From NCBI RefSeq assembly GCF_001194135.2, contig NC_068989.1, positions 49,450,980 through 49,514,584 of the forward strand: 63,605 nt of DNA, read 5' to 3'. This document shows positions 1 to 14,269 of this stretch, piece after piece. The translations under genes were made by a program, and so were the position numbers. Origin of the DNA: Octopus bimaculoides (taxonomy: Eukaryota). The notes beneath the pieces were generated by a model. It worked only from the letters and a program-made list of their open reading frames with translations, made no database searches and was not told where the DNA came from. Each line of letters begins with the position of its first letter. Within the stretch, counting starts at the first letter, position 1.

Positions 1-12
1 ACATATATATGC

Positions 13-49
<37 letters not shown>

Positions 50-382
50 TATAAATATACACACACACACACATACCTATATATGTTAAAATGAGGTTAT
101 CATTTTAAAAGCTACTTTAAGAATAACAGCACCTGTACTGATGGGGTAATTCTATACTGAAGTCAAAGTCAAATTTATTGTAAAGTTTCAATGAACACAA
201 ACTTTATAACACACACATACATACACACACATGGAGGCATACAGAAGGGAATAAATGAAGCAGACAGACTGCAAGTCATTGTAGTCTTCATCATAGTGGT
301 TAGAAATAAGATAGGGTAGCCAACCACTAAAAACCATGCCAACGACTGCTTCCCCAAAAAAGAAAAAAATATATTAACATAC

Positions 383-477
383 CTAACAGCAAGGGTATGT
401 GGTTTTATCTGCATCTGCCTACTAGTGGACAAAGAGTAGTGAAAGTTATTCAACCCACAGCAACATGAAAAAAGCAG
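383..477 (-). CDS. Candidate 95-nt exon (LLFSCCCGLNNFHYSLSTSRQMQIKPHTLAV)
   Basis: ttattctacag acceptor, AG|GTATGT donor, one open frame. Confidence 0.25.
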
Positions 478-1564
478 CTGTAGAATAATGTGCATGTGTA
501 CATGTGCATGCATGTATGTAGACATATATATAAAAAAAGAAGAAGGGAGTTAGAATTTTGGATAATTCTTATATATATATATATATATATATACATATCT
601 GAAGAGTTTGGATGAACAAAAACGCTAATAAAGAATTATCCAAAATTCTGACTGCCTCCTTCTTATTAATATACACCACTTCAAACACTCTATACATATC
701 ACCATCATCATCCCCATTTAACGTCCATATATGTAATTTTTTGGACTAATGAGTATATATCAATTGGTGTATTGAGTAAAGACTAGTACCAAATCTATCT
801 TGTTTCTTTCCACAACCATACATAGAGACATAACATACATGCACTTATTATGCATATACGTAACCACACACACACACACACACTTCACAGTAAATATATT
901 TAAGTTGCAAATTTATTAGAAGTTATTAACCAAAGACTGACTACTTGCTAAAATTATAATAGATAACTTGTTACCTAAGAAGCACATTTACCTGTTGTTC
1001 TTGTTATTGTCTGGCCCAAACTCAGGTCAGTTCAATCAGACCACACAGCTATACCTGTTGTGAATATGCATACTTATTAGAATGTTAAAGATTACAATGA
1101 AGGGCTTCCCTTCACTTATAAGAAAATATCACTGGAAATCCTATTTATGATATGCAAATATCTTCTTAATATTAATTCTTTTGCTTCATGTTGAAGACAT
1201 ACATTGAGCATTAAGCAGATAAAAGGTGTTTAGCAAGTATGTTTGAAGTCTTTAAATGCATTCCTAAGAGAGGAAAGATAAGATTATTACAAATAAGGTA
1301 AGATTTTGCCTATACCCCGCAACAATATATAAGATTGTTCTTCCTGTTGATCTCCTACTGTATAATTTGCTTTATATATTTGAATATCACACCAAGCACC
1401 TGTTATACTGCAATTACTACTCTATAGCCTCAAGGGTCAATTGTATTATTCATCGTTCTTTAATGCATATTTAATGCTAATCTTGTTCTATTCAAAATGC
1501 ATACTATCTAGCTATAATTTGCATGTGCTCAAGTACATGTGCATGTATGTATGTACAAATAGGC

Positions 1565-1830
1565 AAGATTACTACCATACATATACATATATATATACAT
1601 ACACACACACATATACAAACACACATATGCACACGCATATACTCACACACACACTATACAAACATATATACAAATATACACACACACAGATACATATTCA
1701 CATATATACATACATATATACACACATGCATACATACACACACACATATATACAAATACATATACACAAACATACATACAGATATATACATACATAAATA
1801 AATGCGTGAGCACACATACACACATGCGCC
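1565..1830. repeat. Degenerate (AC/AT)n low-complexity tract
   Basis: Source of the spurious H/T/Y/I-rich ORFs. Confidence 0.9.
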
Positions 1831-3019
1831 TAGAGAAGACACTGCATATCCACAAACACTTAAACTCTCAGCAACTTGAAGCTGCAGCCTGGTTTTCAGT
1901 TATGGCTTTAATGGCTGCACAAGCTGCTTACAAGAGAAGCATAAATATGACAACTGCTCGTTCTCCTGGAAGTCTCAACTCTGATGACATCTGTTGTCAA
2001 CACATTTTTCTTTCAATATTGTAAAAGTAGATAATTTCGAAATTTAAAAAAATGTTTTCTTTATTTTTAACACATTAACCCCCACGCACAAACACACAAG
2101 CATCCATGCATGCACACACACACACACACACACACACGCGAGCGCGCGCGAGCACAAAGAAAGTGAAAAATGCCAAAAGATTTGTTATAAATATTCAGTT
2201 TAAACTTGTGATTGTTTGAAGCATAAATTGGTATTTTAATGAAAGTAAGGTTATAAAAAGCCAACTTTTTCTATCTAAAATAAATGTTATGATGAAAGAT
2301 AAGTATCACCACCTGCTAGGAATAATTTAATTATTTAGCAAATATTTACTATTTCATTCATTTTTTTTTTTCGTATTTTTGTGTTTGTTTTGTTTTATTT
2401 ATTTATTTTTATTTATTTATTTATTGTTATTTTGTGCATGTGTGAATAGTTTAAAAACAACTTAGTGTCTGATTATCATAAATAGATTTTAAATACACTA
2501 ACGTCACCCTATATCTCTCTCACACACAGACAAATTAGCATATACTTTCAGTCTACAGTAGTTATCTATTTCTATTGAATTTCCATTCCAAGAATTAAAT
2601 TTTTCAATAGATTTCAAATATATTTACTTGCTTTCTTTTTATTTCACTCAACAAATGTATCATCAACAATAACAATGAATGATGATCAATAATTTTTTTT
2701 TTTTTTCTGTATTTTATCAAACAATATACCATATGTTACTTTATTCTTAGGCATGAAAATACAAGATAAAATAAAATAATGAGAGAAAGAAGGAAGCATA
2801 AAGAGTTAGAGCATGCTCAATTCAAGTCCTTCAAACCTCCACTTTTATCTAAGAAGTGTGACAAAGCATACTATTTGATAATCATTACTACACAATTTAA
2901 TAATCATTATTCTCTGATAAGAAACACTAACACTTAACATGCATACTTGCTTTTATCAATACAATTTTAATCTAGCCTGGAAAATAAGAGAAAGTTTTTA
3001 AATGATCAACTTTAATGAT

Positions 3020-3240
3020 TATTTCTTCGATAGGCACAAGGCCAGAAATTTTGAGAAAAGGAAATAGTCAATTACATCGACTCTAATACTCAACTAGTAC
3101 TTATTTTATTGAACCTGAAATGATGAAAGACAAGGTACAACCTCAGCGGAATTTGAACTCAGAATGTAAAGACAGATGAAATGCTGCTAAGTATTTTTGT
3201 CTAGAGTGCTAACATTTCTTCCAGCTCAGCACCTTATGCT
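3020..3240 (-). mobile_element. tRNA-derived SINE family B
   Basis: + strand ggcacaaggcc...ctggtacttattttat...ggaatttgaactcagaa...ccagctc; the tRNA-like head with B-box (gagttcaaattc) reads on the minus strand. Confidence 0.85.
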
Positions 3241-3544
3241 TAATTATAATGATGATAATAGTTTACAGGAATGTATGTATTTTCTAGGAGTCAAGGTGAG
3301 GGTTAATCTACATCTGATGACTTCACAGAATTAAATTTCATACCACTCCCAACTAAGCCAAACTAAAACACTCTTCTCTCCTTATCTTGTCACTTAGACT
3401 AAACACTATGTCTAAACTTTCCTGCCCCCAACATCAAAGTTCTAGAACACCCTACATATTTATGTTTTTCCAGCAGACATTGACTGGCTGACTTACAGCT
3501 ATTTAAAGTGAATGTTAACTATATACATCTTACCAAGTACAAAG

Positions 3545-3720
3545 AGGTGGAGGTGCATGGCCTAGTGGTTAAAGTGTTGGACTGATTGTGGTTTCGATTC
3601 CTGAACCAGGTGATGCATTGGGTTCTTGAGCAATACACTTCATGTCGCATTACCCCAGTTCACTCAACTGGTAAAAATGAGTAATCCTGTTATGGATTGA
3701 CATCATATCTGAGAGTGAGG
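3545..3720 (+). mobile_element. tRNA-headed SINE family D with CORE-like domain
   Basis: ggcctagtggttaaag...ggtttcgattcc, then gttcttgagcaatacacttca...aaaaatgagta; homologs at about 18030-18290 (+), 38690-38835 (-) and 63045-63200 (+). Confidence 0.7.
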
Positions 3721-4533
3721 GTGATATATGTGCTAGAGGAACCAGGAAATCTACCCTATGTTCCTTATAGAATAATGTGGACTAACCAGGCACAAAGAGA
3801 CTAAGCCATTAATAAATGAAAAAACAGTAAGAGAACAAAGTTGGTCAGATATTTTTTATTTATATAAAACCAGACATTTCGTCAACATACCAACACTCAA
3901 GCTATCAAATTTACAATGCATTAAATGTTTGATGCCAACAATCCTGAAACAGCCACTGGTTCTATGATACGAGCTTTTATAAGTGACCTAAATTGAAACA
4001 ATCAAAATTTCATTTTATGTCCCAAACACCAGCTTAATACTGACATTACCGGTTTGCACACATGGCTTCATAACAAGTGGTGGTTGTCTGCCACTGCCAT
4101 TGCCTACTCCAATTGCATCATTGTCACCACAGCTGGGCCCCCTCGCTTTCGCAGACAGCTGTGATCTTCATTGATGGATGAGCCAAGCGATTCCCCCATC
4201 TAGGGTTTCGGTATTTGCTACTACTACTGAAACGTTACTCATGTGAGGGAGGGACACAATAGAAATATAGCAATGAAAGGATTAATCTCTTACCAAGTCA
4301 CAGCAGTCTCAGTTTTTACCATACTTCACACTCAGTAAACTGCACATTTCTTATTAAAGAGTTTACCAGGAACTCTCATACAAATGTGTGATTTAAAACA
4401 CTAAAGACCAATGTATATTGCAATCACAAAAATATAACCTATAGACATAATCATTATTGCACTTGTTGTGTTCAATGACATGCTCAGGAAAATCTAGCAA
4501 TAGGTAACATTTGTTGATTCCATACTTTTACAA

Positions 4534-4577
<44 letters not shown>

Positions 4578-5429
4578 CACACATACACACACAATATATA
4601 TATATAGCGAGAAAGTGAGACAACCATACACTCACAGGTGTATAAGTGTTTGTATGTAAGTTTATATGTAGACACTCACTTAAGGGTGTATGTGTACACA
4701 AAGACAATGACTGTTGATAGATAACATGCCAATTGGAGCAAGTTGTGATGCTTTAAACTCTCAGGTATTATTCATCTGCAGCAATATGTAAAAAAAAAAT
4801 CATAAGAAAGAGTAAAGAATTTTGAGGTGAAGAAATAAGATGTGAATTTTCATTTATTTTTCCCCTCTATTACTAAAGACATTCACATACCATATGCAAT
4901 GTTATTGACACACCACTCAAAGACTGGAACTTTGGATTTGATTGTTACATTCATGGCAATAACAACTGCTAATTCCCCTCAAGAACATCCTTTAACTGAA
5001 GTAAAGCCTTGAAGGATACACAGTTTTATTTAAGCACAAATCTGAAGAAGACATTCCATTTCCGTTGCAAACTCAAAACAGCAGCATAAATTCTCCAGAT
5101 AAGCTACATCAAATATATACAGAGAGAGACAGAAACAAATATATATCTACAATAGCCAAAATCCAGAGCAAGGCTGAATAAAAAGACTTGTGTATATGTG
5201 AATGTGTGCATGTATGCTACAAAGAAAGTTAATAGTACAAAGGAGATGAAGTCAATTAACTAGCTCAATAGTTCAAATCCTACAACAGCCATGCATGCTG
5301 TGGCCTTCAACCATGCATTAGTTTATCTTGATTAAAAAAATGTTTTATTTCTAATTTATGACTTAGTTGTTAGCAGGAGAGAAGGCAATTTCTCATTAAA
5401 TATAAACTTTAAAAATATACTAATATATA

Positions 5430-5960
5430 GGGGCAGATGTGGCTGTGTGGTCAGCAGTTTGCTTGCTAACTTCATGGTTCTGAATTCAGTCCACTGCGTA
5501 GCACCTTGGGCAAGAGTCTTCCACTATAGCTTCGGGCCAAACAAAGCCTTGTGAGTGGATTTGGCGGATGGACACTGAAAGAAGCCCATTGTATGTATGT
5601 ATGTATGTATACACTCACATTCGCACTTAAGGGTATATATATATAACATCTTCACACTTATGTGTGTGTGTGTGGGTGGGTGGGNNNNNNNNNNNNNNNN
5701 NNNNNNNNNGGTGGGTGGTTGTGTGTGGGTGTGTGAGTGTATGTGTGTCTTTGTCTCTGTGTTTGTCCCACCACCACTTGACAACCAGTGTTGGTGTGTT
5801 TACATCCCTGTAACTTAGTGTTTCAGCAAAAGAGATCTATAGAATAAGTACCAGGCTTTGCAATAAGCACTGGGGTTGACTTGTTCAACTAAAATTCTTC
5901 AAAGCAGTGCCCCCAGCATGGCTACAGTCTAATGACTGAAACAAGTAAAAGACAAAAGAT
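5430..5960 (+). mobile_element. tRNA-derived SINE family A
   Basis: Head ggctgtgtggt...ggttctgaattcagtcc, body gcaccttgggcaag...gaaagaagccc, internal (TA/TG)n, tail gactgaaacaagtaaaaga; more than 15 homologous copies in the window. Confidence 0.85.
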
Positions 5961-6739
5961 ACCAACATTAGAATAGAAAAGTGGATGTAGAATAAAAGAA
6001 TGAAAGAATAGAGAGAAAAAAAAAACAGCAATACAGCTTGATGGATTCAGTTCTCTAACAATTTGATTCATCCACACAAATTCACTCAGCTTCAAAAGTG
6101 ACATTTTCTTTTCAGGAGCTTGCACTTAAGCTCATAAGTATGTTGTTAATGTGTTTTAAAATGTGTGCCAAGGAGTAAAATGTAGTATATAAAAATCAAA
6201 CAATACTAGTGATAAATAAAACAAGAACAATAAATATTGTAAGTGCATTATAAAAGAGACAGGCAAAAATACAAAAAAAGATAGGAGTTTGGAAACAGTT
6301 GAAAATTAAAAAAACAAAAAAAAAAAAAGGAACCACTTAGAAAAATAGCACCAACACTATCGCTTGATTAAAACAGGTTTAAAATTCTGATTTATCCAGT
6401 TATTTATGCACACATTCACAGAAAATTCTGTAAACAGGGCTACAGAGGGAGTCGAGTATGTCTATATACTTACAGAGCCCAATTACACTTAGGATCATTA
6501 AATTTGATTTTAGATTTTTCTAACACCACAGTATCGCACATCCCAGACTATATAATACATACAAATAGCTTAAATAAGTATAATATATAGTTATTTTAAT
6601 TAGAATAATGGAAATCAAAACTATTCAGCAAAATCTGACCCAAAGACTTGATACTAAAATGCCTTTTGTCATCCAAAATTTTATCAGGCACTTTTAGTTT
6701 GCATGGCTTTTTCAAAACAGTAGAATAGTTTAAAAACCA

Positions 6740-6938
6740 TTTTATTCTTTTATTTGTTTCAGTCATTTGACTGCAGCCATGCTGGAGCACTGCCTTGAAG
6801 GGTTTTAGTCAAACAAATTGACCCCAGGACTTATTTTTTAGTATAGTACTTATTTTATCGGTTTCTTTTGTCGAACCACTAATGTTACAGGGATGTAAAC
6901 ACACCAACACTGATTGTCAAGCAGTGATGGGAGCACAA

Positions 6939-6992
<54 letters not shown>

Positions 6993-7146
6993 CTTCTTTC
7001 AGTCTCTGTCTACCAAATATACTCACAAGTTTGGTCAGCTCCAGGCTATAGTAGAAGACACTTGCCCAAGGTGCTACAAAGTGGGACTGAACCTGGAACC
7101 ATGTGGTTGGGAAGCAAGCTTCATACCACACAGCCATGCCAGCACC
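6740..7146 (-). mobile_element. SINE family A
   Basis: Reverse complement of the 5430-5960 type. Confidence 0.85.
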
Positions 7147-8704
7147 TACTTAAGGCTGATTTTAAAAATTTTTACTTCTATTTTATTTATTTATATGCAG
7201 TCTGCAAAATTACTTACATCTATCTACATGTTATTTAGAAAGTGCTTTAAACTCTACTGGCTTTACACCGTAATCCCTTTAATTTAGAAAAGGTATGGAC
7301 ATGACAACTTCCCATTAATTTTTTTTTTTTTTTTCCTTTTTCAATGATATCTCTACATCTTCCGATCAAATTTGAAATATTTTAATAAATTTAAGATATT
7401 AAGTCTGCTTAATATCATTCAACTTTTTTTCTTTTTAATCTCAGCTAAAAAGAAAAGCATGATGTGCCATAACTTTTTTTAATTGATGTCTAATAAGTCT
7501 TAAGTACTCTCACAAAATTTTACCTTTGTTTTTTTTTTATCATTTTGATTAATCTTTTAAGGAGCAATTGAGTTGAGGTTGATGAATGAACAGCGAAATT
7601 GATAGTTACAAGTGCAATGACTGATTTTCTACTTCCATTCACACCTAGAACATTTTAGATTTTGTTTCCAATAAAATAATTATCATATCAAGCAAAAGGG
7701 ATTTGATTACTAATGTAACAGTTAGGTGATCCACTGCTCAAAGTTCAAATCAGTACTTGGGTAACAACCGTGCAACAGGGTTTTTCTTCATCCTAGGAGA
7801 GATGTCTTTTCAAACCAATTAGATAATTTTTGCATTGGAGGAGCAAGCTCCAACACATCAAGCCAAACTATTATATCAGCATAATTATTTGGAATGTTTC
7901 ATTTATTTGAAATACACATGCAAGAAGCTCTGCTGTGTGAGACTAGAAACCCAAAGAATACAATGTTTTACATTTCAACTGAAAGCAGACTATACCAGAG
8001 GCAGTTTTAATAATTTTTCATGTGGTTTTGAAAGACATAAAAGTGAAAGGCTGAAAGAAATTGGAAAATAAATGACTGCTATTGAAATAAATACATAAAT
8101 ATAAATAATTTCTTTCAAACAAATAAGTTCTGCAACTTAATTGGAACTAAATTATTTTGGAGATAGAAAAGGAAGATATCAAAATAACAATAGTTTATAA
8201 TTATGCATTTCGTGAATGTCCACATTTAAATTTCAATGGATGCCATAGATTTAATGCGGAAAATCTAAAAAATTAATGATTGACTAAATTTCTATGACAT
8301 TCTATTTCCTGTATGTGGCCTGCAGTTTGTTAAAATAATTTCCAAGCTTGAAAATGTCATAAATATTCCATTTTAATTTTGGAAAATAACTTGACATAAT
8401 AAAATATTAATGATAAAATGAAAAGAAAGTTCTTTTTTTCTTTTAAATCATAACATTAAATATAAAGAAAAAGGCAGTAAAAAATAAAAAGAAATCTTAT
8501 CTTCAACTGTTAAAAGAATTTTCAAAACCATTTAACAAAGTAAAAACTAACAAAGGTAACTAAAGACAATAAAAGAAAAATGAACCTGCTGTGGACACAT
8601 TATTATTAACTTTTCCCATCAGATTCATATACATCAAGCAATATTTGCAATATCAATCAACTTTTAAGATTCAAAATTGTGTTGAACCAGTAAAACATAC
8701 ATCA

Positions 8705-8930
8705 CAAATATTCTTTTCTACTCTAGGCACAAGGCCTGAAATTTTGGAGGAGGAGGCTAGTCAATTAGTTCGAAGCCAGTACACAACTGGTACTTAATTT
8801 ATCGACCCCGAAAGGCTGAAAGGCAGAGTCGACCTCAGCAGAATTTGAACTCAGGACGTAAAGACAGACAAAATACTACTAAGTATTTCGCCTGGATTGC
8901 TAACGTTTCTGCCAGCTCACCACCCTATAC
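8705..8930 (-). mobile_element. SINE family B
   Basis: Full-length homolog of 3020-3240. Confidence 0.85.
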
Positions 8931-9723
8931 GTCACAAATATTGAAAACATCCAATAGGGAGGGACAAGTAAACTGAAGGTAGTTTACAAACAGTAGAATA
9001 ATCCAAGTCATAAGACAAATAACAGAAACAACTGATGTAGACTACAAATAGTTATAACACTTGAGTGGGTTGTAATGGCAGAAATATTCAAATATTTCCT
9101 AAAAGATATATCGACTTAATATTTATTCATTCTTTTAACATCCATTTTACCATGCTATGATGGGTTTAAGTAGAGAGTTATTTGAGATTAAGTTTATATG
9201 GATGGATGCTCTTTCTGCTACCAACTTCTACCTACATTTGCATGTAAGGAAATGTTTATATTCCAGAGGAACTCAAAAGCACAGAGCCAATGGATAATTG
9301 ATTTGGTGACAGGTAATGTTAACAAATGTCACCATTTGTAGTCATCATCAAATGGTGACACCACTATTTGAAGCTAAGTGCAGACTGGAAGCATTCATAC
9401 ACACACGAACACACAAAACAGGCTTCATACTGGTCATTTACCAGATTCCCTCACAAGTCATTGGTCAACTACAATATAAACATTTGTCCAAAGTATTACA
9501 TAGTGGGACTGAACCAGAAATCACATGGTTGAGAAGCAAACCTTAATCACACAGCTATGTCTGCACCTTATATACATGAATAATTACTCCCTTGAGTTCT
9601 AAGTACAATAAGTGACAAGGTGCATGTTTCTAATAAACAACTTTCAGAAATTATTTAAATTTCTTGAGAGGAAAGAAATTCTTCGCAATGTATTATGCTG
9701 TTAAGTCTAATTAATTAGTTTAA

Positions 9724-9944
9724 CCCTTTTGATACCAACCTGGCTGAAACCGCCTCTGGCTCTGTAGTAAAAATGTCTTGTTTTCAAAAGTTCTGAATTA
9801 AAATCTTCCACCAAACCTTAGTCACAATTTATGTTCCTAACACCAGCTAATGATAACTAAGTTATTTTACTAAATTCTTTGTTGTATTTAAAATTAATTG
9901 AAAGAAACACAGAGCATCTCAAAATAAATACAGTAACGAAAGGG
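9724..9944. mobile_element. piggyBac-like MITE (TTAA TSD, CCCTTT...AAAGGG)
   Basis: ttaa|cccttttgatacc...gtaacgaaaggg|ttaa. Confidence 0.8.
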
Positions 9945-10044
9945 TTAATATGGTGAATGTGACAAAACAGAATATTCCTTAAATTTCTGTTGGAAAGGCA
10001 TAATCTTATTATTGATATCATTATCAGTTAACCCCAGGGCAGCA

Positions 10045-10260
10045 AGCTGACAGGATTATTGACACATCAAGCAAAACGTTTAGTGGCATTTCATCTATCT
10101 TTACATTCTGAGTTCAAATTCTGCCCAGCTTGACTTTGCCTTTCATATTTTCAGGGTCGATTAAACAAGCACCAGTTGAACACTGGGATTGATGTAATCA
10201 ACTTACCTCCCCTCTCAAAATTTCAGGCTTTGTGCCAAGATTTAAAAGCATCATTAGTTA
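10045..10260 (+). mobile_element. SINE family B
   Basis: gcaagctgacagg...ctgagttcaaattc...ggctttgtgcc. Confidence 0.8.
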
Positions 10261-10453
10261 ACTCTGATTAGTGTTCCACAAGATGTATTTATTTCATTTC
10301 ATATCAAATCTAATTCCATGCACATCGTAAGAATTACAAATAAACAACAAACAGTTCGGATGTGTCAAATGCAGGTTTTATCCCTAGAGCTAGCTCTAAG
10401 CTAGGGATATAGGAGTTGTAGGCTTTCACAAGTTATGAAATGGTACTCATTAA

Positions 10454-10671
10454 CCTTTTCATTACCATATTTCTGTTGAAATACACTACCTGTCTCATTT
10501 AATTTTGAAAATAATGATGAATTTAGTAAAATAACATTGTTGTTATCAAGCTGATGTTTGGAACATAAATTAACAGGAAATATTGATGAGAGATTTTAAC
10601 CTAGATCATTTTATAAAAGGAAGATTGTATCGTAAGCCAGGGGTGGTTCAAGGTGGGTGATATCAGAAAGG
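10454..10671. mobile_element. piggyBac-like MITE, inverted homolog of 9724-9944
   Basis: ttaa|ccttttcattacc...gatatcagaaagg|ttaa; aligns by eye to the reverse complement of the 9.7-kb copy. Confidence 0.7.
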
Positions 10672-10774
10672 TTAATGAGTACATCTAACTGAAAATTAGT
10701 TTGTATTAAATGTGTAAATAGGTAGCATTAATTTAAATACCTGTCAATAAAGTGGCTGTACATGCTGTACATAG

Positions 10775-10945
10775 GCAGAGGCATGTCTGCATGGTAAAAA
10801 GTTAACTTCCCAACCACATGGTCCCAGGTTCAGTCCCACTATATGGTAATTTAGGCAAGTGTCTTCTATAGCCTCAGGCCAACCAAAACCTTGTGAGTGG
10901 ATTTGACAGACAGAAACCGAAAGGTGTGTGTGTGTGTGTGTGTGT

Positions 10946-10978
<33 letters not shown>

Positions 10979-11200
10979 CGTGTGTGTGTGTGTATGTGTG
11001 TGTGTGTGTGTTTGTCTCCCACCACTACTTGACAACTGGTGTTGCTTTGTTTATGTCCCAGTAACTTAGCAGTTCCGCAAAAGTGACCAATAGAATAAGT
11101 ATCAGGTTTAAAAAATAAGAACTAGGGTCAATTTGTCAGACTAAACTCATCAAGGTGGTGCCCCAGCACGACCACAGTATGATGACTGAAACAAGAGAAA
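10775..11200 (+). mobile_element. SINE family A
   Basis: Same head, body, (TG)n and tail. Confidence 0.85.
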
Positions 11201-11769
11201 AGGAGAAAAAAAAAAAAGATGCTGCAAATATTGGGAACATAGTGCAGTAGTGTGACAGCAATATATAAGAAAAATAAAAGGAGGGAAACCATTTCAGGAA
11301 GTAACAAGGAATAATATATAATATATTCAATGTATTCTGAGTAATTATGTCATAGAATTAATGCAAGTGAGCTATAAAAGTGAATGGAACTATTGATTTG
11401 TTTATTTAACATCTGTTTTTACATGATTTTTCCCCCATTCCATGGTGGCAGGATCCACATTTTAAATGCCACATACAATGACACCTTTTCCAGTGTCAAC
11501 TTGGTGTGTTCAACTTACCAGCCTAGGCTCTGTTGCTCATCAGGCCAAGAAAATAATCACATGTAACATGTTGGACAGGGACTTATTTGAGGGCCATACT
11601 TTAAAAATGGATGCTCTTCCTCTTGCCAACCTTATCTGTTTTCCAAGAAAGAGATTTTTATCATGCTGGTCTTCAAAAACACAGAGTGATTTGTTGTAAT
11701 GTCGAGATGGAACATAAAGATCATATCACCATTTCATTCAGATGGTGAAAAGCAAAGCAGTAGGATATC

Positions 11770-12010
11770 AACATATAACCACATGGTTGCACAATTAGAA
11801 AGTTTGCTTCCCAACCACATGGTTTCAAGTGCAGTCCTTGTGCATAACACCTTGAGTAAATGTCTTCTACCATGGACCAATGTCAACCAAAGCTGAAAGA
11901 AATCCATTGTATATGTGTGTGTGTGTTTACTTTTCATTTGAGTTGTATGAAAGTCACTCACTGCAAGTGGTGATGGTGTTATCACTCTTGTCAACAAATT
12001 GCACGTTCAC
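11770..12010 (+). mobile_element. SINE family A (3' truncated)
   Basis: Head and body homologous to family A. Confidence 0.7.
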
Positions 12011-12679
12011 TTCATGCCTTTCAAAACATGAAATAAGAAATCCCTTACTTGAAAATCAGATAAAGTTTAAAAACAGGAAGAGCATGCAGCTGTGGGACAG
12101 TAACTCCACAATACATTCATCTAACCCAAGCTAGTATGGCAAAAATGGATGTAAAAGCAAATAAACAAAATGTTTGTCATAGTTTCTATCGACCAATTCC
12201 AACTCATTAGGCATTACTCAACCAGGAATCATACTAGAAGTCACTTAGCCAAAGTGCTGCATAGTGGGATTGAACTTGAAGTACATGGTTATAAAGTGAA
12301 CTTCTTAATCACACAGTCATGCTTGCTCTTATTTATTGTATTTATACAAAATCAATATAATTGAATTATGGACACATAAAAATATACAAATGTTCTTTAG
12401 CCAGCATGGTTTGCACCATGCTCAAAACAGTCTTAAACTCAGAAGTAAAAGAAATTTAACATTACACAGAGTGAATATAGAGATTTTGATAAACTACAGT
12501 CAAGGATTTATTATTGCATTCTAGAAATAAGGATGATATTGCATGAGAATGCCCAAAGATACATTACTGAACAAAATCATTGAACCAATTCATTCCATGA
12601 TGACAGTCTCTGTTCTAAAACAGTAGTTATTCCAAAAATATTCACAGCTGAAAGATTTTATTTTTTTAAATTTATTGGT

Positions 12680-12935
12680 TCCTGTGCAGGTGGCACGTAA
12701 AATACACCATTTTGAGCATGGCCGTTGACAGTACCACCTGACTGGCCTTTGTGCCGGTGGCATGTAAAAGCACCCACTACACACTCGGAGTGGTTGGTGT
12801 TAGGAAGGGCATCCAGCTGTAGAAACTCTGCCAAATCAGATTGGAGCCTGGTGTAGCCATCTGGTTCACCAGTCCTCAGTCAAATCGTCCAACCCATGCT
12901 AGCATGGAAAGCAGACGTTAAACGATGATGATAAT
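12680..12935 (+). mobile_element. Repeat family C ((GAT)n-tailed, RTE-type LINE/SINE 3' end)
   Basis: ggtggcacgtaaaa...gaagggcatccagctgtagaaac...ccatgctagcatggaaagcagacgttaaacgatgatg; further copies near 17.4, 18.5, 36.8 (minus), 41.3, 45.1, 47.2 and 48.7 kb. Confidence 0.75.
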
Positions 12936-14269
12936 GACAAGTTATCACAGTTGTTTCTTTTCTGACTTTTAAAAGCCCTTGAAAAGAGGTACTGTCAATT
13001 GAATCAACTCTTATATTTTACTTTTTACTTATCCCCCAGAATAAGTGAAAAGATATAGTCAACTGACATGGTTTGATCTTGAAATCAATAGCTACCTTTT
13101 GCATCAAAATCAATGTCCTGTTAGTCGTTCTAATAACATCACTTAACTTTAATTTTTCAGTGAGGAAATCTTAATGAAATCAGAGAGAAACATACAAAGT
13201 CACTTATCTAATATTGTAACAACTTCAGTGAAGAGTGAACAAGTGTTGAGTTGAATGTAAGATAGCAATGCTTAGTCTGGTAGAGACTGAAGTTTAACAT
13301 TTATTTTCAATTATGGATAGCAAAGGTTAATTGTTTCACCATTATCCCATATTTTATAATGATAAATTTTTTTTTATAAATAAATGTATATGTACCAGTA
13401 TTTTCTCAACTGCTGCTAAATTAAATGCATGCATATTTAATATTGATGCAGCCACCTGAGCAGTAATAAAAATTTGGGAATGAGAAAGACAAACCTTTAT
13501 TTACTAAAGTGGTAAGGCTAAAATCTTTGGCATACAATTTCTCCAACTGTTACAGTATATAATGGTAAGGGCAAATGAATTTTTAAAATTCCAAACAAAA
13601 TTTATCACAAAAAAAAGTAATGCATGTGAACACATAAAATACATTACATTTCTGTTTTATCTAGAAGCATTTAAAAAAGAAATGCATTCAAAAGTTTGTG
13701 GTACTACTAGTAAGTTGAAGTAAAGGTGATAAGACATGATACTGGTGAAAATTAGGTTTGAAAATCGTCTAGACAATAAGCCATAATGATTAACAGTAAC
13801 TTCAAAATGTAATTATGTGGTAAGAGGTTTTATTGATATAGATAGTGCAACCTAGAATATAAATAATACAACCAAGCTAGTCAAAAATACTGGATTATTC
13901 ACGTCTGTAAATGAAGAAAGGTGATTGATAGTGGTATTGACATAATAACGAGACTAAGCAGTAACCAAGACTAGTTTAGAAAGCTAAAACATGTATGACA
14001 TTAAAAACTGGGCAGTTAGTTTAAACTACTGGCCAGCAATGAGTGGATGAACAAATGAAATGTATCATATTGGCTGATTGTGTAACAAGGTGATCACTAA
14101 GGATTAGACTGATGTCTTAACAATATTCAAGAACAACTAAATTATTGGTTCTACTAGAAGTAATTTAAGTTGGTCTCAACATGTAAAAACCAGGAAATAA
14201 AAGCTGAATGCAGAAATTTCAGTTGATTTTGTTTGATTTAAAAAAAAAATTTCATAAATAAAAAAGTAA

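Noticed and set aside
990-1054. Minus-strand exon-like unit with acceptor and donor
   Set aside because: Stops in all three frames.
1441-1855. H/T/Y/I- and V/C/M-rich ORFs (also at 18.4, 23.9, 29.3, 39.6 and 54.7 kb)
   Set aside because: Translations of microsatellite or low-complexity DNA.
1806-2024. 72-aa Ala-rich ORF and possible exons on both strands
   Set aside because: Weak splice signals, no recognisable homology, start lies in a microsatellite.
11490-11550. Minus-strand CTTGGC-CTGATGA...GTTGAACACACCAAG resembling a hammerhead
   Set aside because: Lacks the GAAA core and the NUH cleavage triplet; likely chance.
13850-14050. Possible RTE RT remnant (IDIITRLSS...FRKLKHV)
   Set aside because: Similarity too weak to call by eye.
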